Of a stretch of 64,000 bases of DNA, positions 13,974 through 64,000 are shown in pieces (position 1 is the stretch's first letter; the number at the start of each line of letters is the position of its first letter). A model generated the notes under the pieces. That model saw only the letters and a program-made list of their open reading frames with translations. It did no database searches and was not told the origin of the DNA. The DNA is from Paragordius varius (taxonomy: Eukaryota > Animalia > Nematomorpha), in the NCBI GenBank assembly GCA_964247055.1, contig OZ176054.1, forward strand, positions 11,966,001 through 12,030,000. Reading direction: 5' to 3'. A program made the translations under genes and the position numbers.

Positions 13974-15066
13974 TCTCTCATAAATGTATATTGTGATTCA
14001 TTTGTTTGTGTATATAAAAATAAATGATTTTTAATTTGCTATTTTCAAAATTCAATTTGGATAAGATAATGTTTAAAATGTTCAAAGTTTGGTATAATTG
14101 ACGCTTTATTTATTTAATGTTTTTGGACAAGGTAGAGGATGCGTTCGTGTTTAGAGAATTTTGCAGGCAATTACATATTGGGGTACTTTTATACCCAGAG
14201 CTGTAACTTGTAATAAACTACTCCGAGTTTTCGGTTAAAGTATAATTATCAAACCCTGTTTTGTATGTTATAAAAACATTCATATTTGTTTACAATTTTA
14301 CATTTTTTTCTAAAAGTTTTTTTAAGGAAGCATGCATTTAAAAGGCTAAAAATGCATGTTTTATATCTTGCCATTTCTTTTTGAGCTATTTAAGTTTTAA
14401 ATAGCTCTGATATAAAACTTCATCAAAAGGTTATAAAGTTATTAAATTAAGAGTAATCTAAAATTTTAGATTGTATGATGCAAAATTGTTAAAAATTAAA
14501 GATCTTTGGTTTTTGTGAATCATTAATGTGAATTTATATTTATCACCCAAACTATTGGTATAATAAAAATTATTAACCCCTGAGGGTAAAGAATATCCAA
14601 CCCCCTTACAGTATTGCAGTAATACGACATACCTTATTTTTTCAAATTTTTCTAGCAATGACCCTATATAAACTCATAAATTTCATAAAAAACCCATAAC
14701 CTGGAAAAATACGATTTTGACATAATAGGAAAAAAATTTATTTATATTATACAAATTCCATAAATATTATGTAATAAATGACAATATATTCATAAAAGAT
14801 GGAATAATTATATCAAGGAAAGTGAATGTATTCAAAAGGAATGTTTCATGAAAACTAATGAATAAATAAGATAATAAATACAGTAATAATTACTATCGTA
14901 ATTGCACAAATTAAATATGTTGGATAAGCAAAAAAGTAATGAAAATTTATCTAATACTATAATAAAATATAAAAAATATTTGGTTCTACAAAGTGTATAC
15001 TGAAATAACTACTATAAAATTTAAATAAAATCTGTATTATGCAAAAAATTTTCTTGTTTTAAATAT

Positions 15067-57981
<42,915 letters not shown>

Positions 57982-58079
57982 ATTTAAAATAAATCCGAAA
58001 GATTATATGATTGCAACTTTATCCATATGTATACAATATGTATAGCGCATGTTGTATCAATATTAATTAAAAAATAAAA

Positions 58080-58910
58080 AGCACTAAAAACTTTAACGAT
58101 TGGGATAAAAATAAAAACCATAAGATCTTATTATAGATTATACAAAATAATAATAACGGATATAACCGTGACAACCCACATATCTGCTCAGTCTCTCACA
58201 AAGGGGTAAATTAAATTCCATTTTATGCCATTCGTGTAATATGTGGGTGCAAAAAAATGCTTGAACATTTAAGAAATGCTTGGTAATATTTTTAAATGTT
58301 ATCCCCCAAAAACAATCCCATAATAAAAATAATAATATCCCTACACTAATAATTGAAAATATTAAGTATGAAATAATAACGAGTTTCTCATACTTAGGGA
58401 GCATCTATACCAGTGGTGGAAATCTAAGCCCAGACTATCACACCGTATAAGAAAAGATGGCTAAAATTTATTCAATTATAGTTTATACTCAATAAATCTA
58501 TATCACTCAAAATAAACTAAAACTGTAAAAGTTTAGGATTCGCCCAGCTTTATCCTATGCTTGTGAAACGCTATCGCTTGTAAAAACAACACAAACCCGA
58601 CTCCAAGCACAAATGGCAGGCTGTGCTACATAAATAATAATATCCCAGATTACAATCATACAATCACATCTTATTGTAAGATAATGCGTTTCCAATCGGC
58701 TACATCATGCGAATGAATGACGGAGGTTGTGTCAAACATATTTGGAGCAACGCTTCGACGGCCCACATCGATGCGGACCGCCATGCCCTACTTGGCTAAA
58801 TCTTATTTACCAAGATCTCATTATCCTTAAATCCTGAGTACTAAGATCAATACCGGGCTAGCATTCAAGGCACCTCCGCCAACCGGAAATAAGTCAATGA
58901 TGATGATGAA
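58080..58910 (+). pseudogene. Degenerate 3' fragment of a related RTE retrotransposon
   Basis: Frameshifted PHICSVSHKGV..SILCHSCNMWVQKKC (PHD-like), EIITSFSYLGSIYTSGG and IRPALSYACET, then a (TGA)n tail at ~58897-58909; colinear with 17560-18370. Confidence 0.8.
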
Positions 58911-61900
58911 GAGACTATAGATTCACTCTGTATAAAACTTAGCGCTTAACGCTTGATTTTTTTCTCCAGTTGACGATTTCAGAATGAAAACAATTTTATA
59001 TCGTAACATGACTATGATATCGATGACAATATTAGCTCACTCTGCTAGCAATGTATTTTGAATTACATGCACTAATTTAAGATATTTTTATATAGAAAAA
59101 GGTTGCATCAATGTTAAATTAACTACTATTTTAGGTTTGGACTCCCTTTAAAATTAACGCAAAAATAGTAGACGCGGACAAAAATATTAATTTTGTTGGA
59201 TGATTACATCCAAATCAATTGTTTTTATGGTAAAACACAGAAAATTTATTAAAATGTAATTTAGGGTTTTTCACGTGCACACATGGGGTTTGGTGATAAA
59301 ATATTTCAATTCAAGGGTGGCAAGTTTTGCAGTTTACTTGAGCCAGCAGGTATACATTTAAAGATCGGTAAAACGCTTAAGTCAAGTCTTGTACTTGTAA
59401 CATTTTTTGCCACCCAATTCGAATTTCACGAAAATTATTTCAGTCATTTTCTACTAAAATTTATGAAATAAAGCATATATAAAACCAATATGCATTTATT
59501 AAAGTTATTCAAAAATATTATAGATTTTAAATATTGAACAGGTACCAATTTGTAAGTTGATGAAACGTATATAAACACCTTCTATTATTTTAACATAAGT
59601 TTAGCAAATTGTTTTCAGATATAATGCATAATAATAACAGAGTATTTTACTTTACTGATCACCAAAAAAGTAAACTAACCTTTATTTTTATTCTGAAGTG
59701 TTAGACAGAGCATCATCAAATTTTACGGAGAAAGTGTTTTTATAATATCTAAAAGGGTATTCATACCGTTTCCATTATGCCTAAAAATAATATGAGTTAT
59801 GCTCCTACAAAATTTTGCTAAAAAATTAAATTTTTGTAAAAATGCATTCTATGTAATTGAATAAAATCTAGAAAGGAGTCTTTGGTTGAGACTTTTGCGC
59901 TCACAAAATTGTTAGTAATTTAAATGACTTGTCACTGTTCTCGATGATATATATCTAGACTAGAATCAAATATAAATTCATAATATTTCCTTTTTTTATA
60001 TTATTAATTATTTTTGTTAAACTGTTAATGCCAAAATTCATGTAAATTCGTTTTGTGTCATTGAAAATAAAAAAGTTATTTTTGAATTTTTAATGTTTAT
60101 ATGATCTTGCAAAACAGGATCGAATTGCGCCAGCTTTTATAATGTAGATTATCAGTATTGGAATTTCTGGCTTATAGTTTCGATATGTCCTTTAAGGAGA
60201 AAATTTGTGTATTAAGGTATTCCATACAGGCTAATATTCGATGCAAAATGTTTCTCTACCACTGTGAATTGGACTGAAGACGAGGTTCCAGAGATGAATC
60301 TTTTCCCTTTTATTTTTTAACCTTTTTCTGTATCTTTCCATGTTATATATGCTTTGCGGTGAGTTGGACAATTCTCATTCTTGATCAATTCCTTTTCTTT
60401 CTTCATTTAAAAAAACCAAATTTTGTGAAAGATGACTGTGAGGTTGTAGCAAATAATAAAAAACAAAAGCATTAGGCAGAATTGTTTTTTGTTGAATAAA
60501 AGAGCAATGATCTTTCATATATCTTCATCACTGATACGTCCGAAAAACCAGAATTTTACATTGACGAACGATAATTTGTTAATTCATTAAGAATGCTTTT
60601 ATTATGGATTCTAGAACCAGGAATTAATTCTGTACGAAGTTGATTATAGGAGTATATTAAACTTTAAATAGGTTACCTCGTTTGAATCAATGGCAGATGG
60701 TACAATTATATTTAATCATTTTTTGTTTGTGGACTCCTTATCGTATTATTATTTTTCCTTTATTGTATGGCTACTGTCAAAAAATATTGAGGCGCCATTG
60801 TTAGGCAAGGTGTTATCGAAAATATTACGGCTCTAATGTTGGGCAGAGGTGTTGTTTAATTATTATTATCTAAATACGGTCCTGTTGTTGGGCACAGGTG
60901 TTGTTAAGTTATTATCTGAAAGTGTTGTAGTCTGATTTCAATTATCTGATTGGACCGCCGTGGTTGGACAGTAAAGTTGAATTAGTATTATGATATTAGC
61001 AGTATGCAAATAAATTTGCAGCCTCTCTTTATTTTTGTGCGGTATAATTTTAGTGTTTTTGTTTTTTATTTTGATAACCGTTAAGTTTAGGCATTCCTGA
61101 TAATAATTTAATTAAAATATTTTTTTGTTATATAAATTATTATCCTATCACCTTCAAGATATATTACAGAGTGATCGATTGGAATATAATTTAAAAATAT
61201 TAAAGCTTTAGCATCGTAAAAATTAAACCGGAACCGTTTTAGGGTCGGGTTCCAAGTCTTTTTTTTCGGCTGTTATATTATTTTATAAATAACTTTTAAT
61301 TTTCGAACGGTCCCACTATATTTTGTTTAATATCTAATTTTTTCTTTTTTTGAGGCAACAGATAACCAATATATACATATGACCATGAAAACAAACAATA
61401 TAATTGTTTAACCGGTTTAAACGTAACTCTAGTCATTTATAAATATTGATTTACAACATATTTGATGGCCATATGTCAAAATAAAGCTGCGTGGTTCATA
61501 TATTAAAAATACTTAAAAATAGTTGTGTCAAAATAAATATATAATTATATTTGATACCTCTCTAATGGATAATTGAATAATGAATAATGAAAAATATTTT
61601 AAAATTAAGAAAAAAAGAGTAAAGTTGCAATTGAGCAGCAAAAAATGGTTATAAGGGAAACAAAAAGGTGAAAAAGTAAAATAAGCACGGCATATTGAAT
61701 GTAAATGTTAATGGTACACCATACCTTATGGGAAAGAAAAATAAACATTTTTTGGGATTGCTCTTTGTTATAATATTTTTAATTTAAATTTTTTTACATG
61801 GTGGCATTGACCAAGCATTACTATAATTTTGAGAGAAAATCAACAAAAAATTAATATAGTTCTTATCTATTATATCTGACATTATTTGAAGGTAGGTTCC

Positions 61901-61961
61901 ATGAATGATATGAAGAAGCTAAGGTTAAGAAAGGTAGGCGATCAAGACAAAGTGGAGAGAT

Positions 61962-62647
61962 TAGGGTTGTGGTGACCAAGTCATGACCCGGTCAGTGACT
62001 ATTTATTTTTTGACCATGGTCATTAAAAAAACAGCTGTTTTTTGAAAAATTACTGGTAAATTTTTTTTGAAAAATAAGATTTTATTGTTTTTTATATATT
62101 TTTTTAAATTATAAATTAAATATTTAAATATGCTTATTTAATAATATAAAATTGTTAAACATGCATCGTTATAACATTAGCATTTAAGAATATCCAGTTA
62201 TTTCGAAAAACTAAACAATCAAGCATTTTGCAAAATATGCAATTATTCCATATATGTGAACCAATATTTGGAATAAACATTTTATAATTGGATATTTCAA
62301 TGATGAAAGTAAGTTTAAAACAAACTAGGTAAAATTATATTTAAAATATCCAGTATTAAAAGCTAAGTATTTCAAAATTCAGAAGACCACAAACATGTGG
62401 CATTTATTTAACAAAATTCTTGATTAAATTTAATTTAAAATATTTGTAAATAATAAATATCAAAAAAATGTATAAACTTTTTATAAAAAACATGACATTA
62501 TTAGTGAAACTCAAGTGTCGTACGAATATTATTTTCACAATCCATCGCATAATATTTACTTAAGTAAGGTCATGACCGTGGTCATGACCATGGTCTGACT
62601 GGGTCTGACCGGAATTTTTTGAAAAAGCAGTCAAATGCACAACCCTA
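61962..62647. mobile_element. Non-autonomous hAT element, 686 bp
   Basis: Perfect 10-bp TIR TAGGGTTGTG/CACAACCCTA, perfect 8-bp TSD GGAGAGAT (61954-61961 and 62648-62655), and subterminal CATGACC/GGTCA repeats. Confidence 0.9.
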
Positions 62648-62824
62648 GGAGAGATACAATAAATAAGGATGTGAAGCAGTTGGTTAGATTAAAATTTGAT
62701 ATTATTAAGATTTTAATCCATATTTTAAATCATGACCACTCATAATTGAGTAATTTTTTTATGGATTTAAAATAAAAACTTTTAAATACCCCTTATTTTT
62801 GAAATAAAATTAAAATTTCTTAGA

Positions 62825-63600
62825 ATTGAGCCCCCCCTTCAACTATAGCACCCTCCCACCCCCTTACGCCCTTCATAGGTAAGTCATTAAAATAAGCTGC
62901 ACACAACCCGTATATAGGGCTTTGATGTCAATGAACGTGTTTCGAAAAAGTCGACAAATTATAAATAGTCAGCTATGTATATTAAATTTTTGAAATATCA
63001 GAATATGGTCCATCACAAGTCTTTTTTCAAATCATCTAATGTCACTTTATAATGTGTTCGAATCTAATATTTGGATAACGTTTGGCCATTTAATAGGGTC
63101 ACAAATTTCATTCAGAAGGTGCACATAAAGAAGTCCATTTTCGAATTCCCTATAATAAGCGCATCTTATGAATATACAGTTTTTCTAAAGACAACTTCAA
63201 AAATCGTTATGATAGACTATTTATTATTGATTTAAACCGCCTAACATAGTATTGTTCTTGAGCAATACTTGGTACAATACCATAGGTTATGAAAAACATG
63301 TACTCAAAATTGTTTAAAAGAAACAATGTTGAATTTGCCGAAAAACGCCTCCCAATTAAATTTTCATTTATAATTTAAAGAATGCGCATTATGGTTGCTA
63401 AGAAACTGACCCCTTGTTTAGTTCAACTAAATAGAATTTCTCACCAAAAAATTTAATATAATTTCGTTTGTCATCTTCTTTCGATTAATAAATTTTCCAA
63501 TGTTCCAGGTACCTTCCTAAAAGTGAAAAACAATCTAACGCTTTTTTCAAATTTGCTTCCATGGAAAGGATAGCTTATAGACACGCTTTCATATAAAAAA
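62825..63600 (-). pseudogene. Possible highly degenerate hAT transposase N-terminal remnant
   Basis: Fragments WNIGKFINRKKMTNEIILNFL, WYCTKYC and KFVT/PIKWPN recall the TTF-zinc-finger region of hAT transposases; a G-rich GGGCGTA...GGGGGG motif lies at ~62830-62875. Many stops. Confidence 0.25.
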
Positions 63601-64000
63601 ACATGGCTTAGTTTAAAATCAATTTAATCTTGTAATAGTAAGTATTTTACAAATAAATTCTTTACATCTAGGCCTCCCTTTTTGAATTGTAGAGGTTAGT
63701 TATTATTTTAGACGTATTGCAATTAAATTTTATAGCAGGCCCAATTTGCTAGTCATTTTGACTTAATCACAGTCATGCCGATTGTCATATGCAACCCTTT
63801 TATTTTTTTGTTTTTTGTGATTATTTAATATATTTACTATTTTTGGTAGTTTTTTTGCATCAAACATCCCAATCATATGCAGAAGAGTTAAAAAAACTAA
63901 ATAAATATTACCCGACGAATGACATTTAATAACTTATATAGGTTAAATAAAAATTTGAAGGTAGCCTCTTTTGTAGTGTGTGTCAAGTTAAACAATATTT

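Noticed and set aside
58138-58404. 88-aa minus-strand ORF as an upstream NBEA exon with a hydrophobic segment
   Set aside because: It is the antisense of the decayed RTE (PHD-like and FSYLG region).
60100-60560. Coding-like stretch upstream of NBEA
   Set aside because: Stops occur in all frames and no recognisable motif or consistent splice sites were found.

Overview
Very AT-rich, intron-rich animal genomic DNA; the taxon cannot be determined from the sequence. It holds three genes. (1) A minus-strand F-box/LRR gene matching the insect FipoQ family, with 9 exons at 1-7456 and its 3' end running off the window. (2) An unidentified plus-strand gene at about 11.8-14.0 kb. (3) A complete minus-strand neurobeachin/LRBA (rugose/sel-2) orthologue at 15067-57981, which I assembled by hand into 58 phase-consistent GT-AG exons (10,164 nt, about 3,387 aa). 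The introns carry an RTE LINE with an uninterrupted ORF and a PHD-like finger inside the RT, nested in a MITE. They also carry at least 9 copies of a TATACCATTT-ended MITE, a 1.4-kb foldback element with the same terminus, other MITE/hAT elements and a Penelope-like remnant with a hammerhead ribozyme. A second Penelope-like remnant lies between genes. The most unusual observations are: a minimal type I hammerhead ribozyme (22153-22199); two tandem-duplication-born mini-exons whose frameshifts cancel (41429-41657); a candidate mutually exclusive exon pair in the ConA-like domain of neurobeachin; an apparent 26-nt spliceosomal intron; and apparent loss of the long AKAP-bearing linker. All homology statements come from remembered family motifs, not from database searches.
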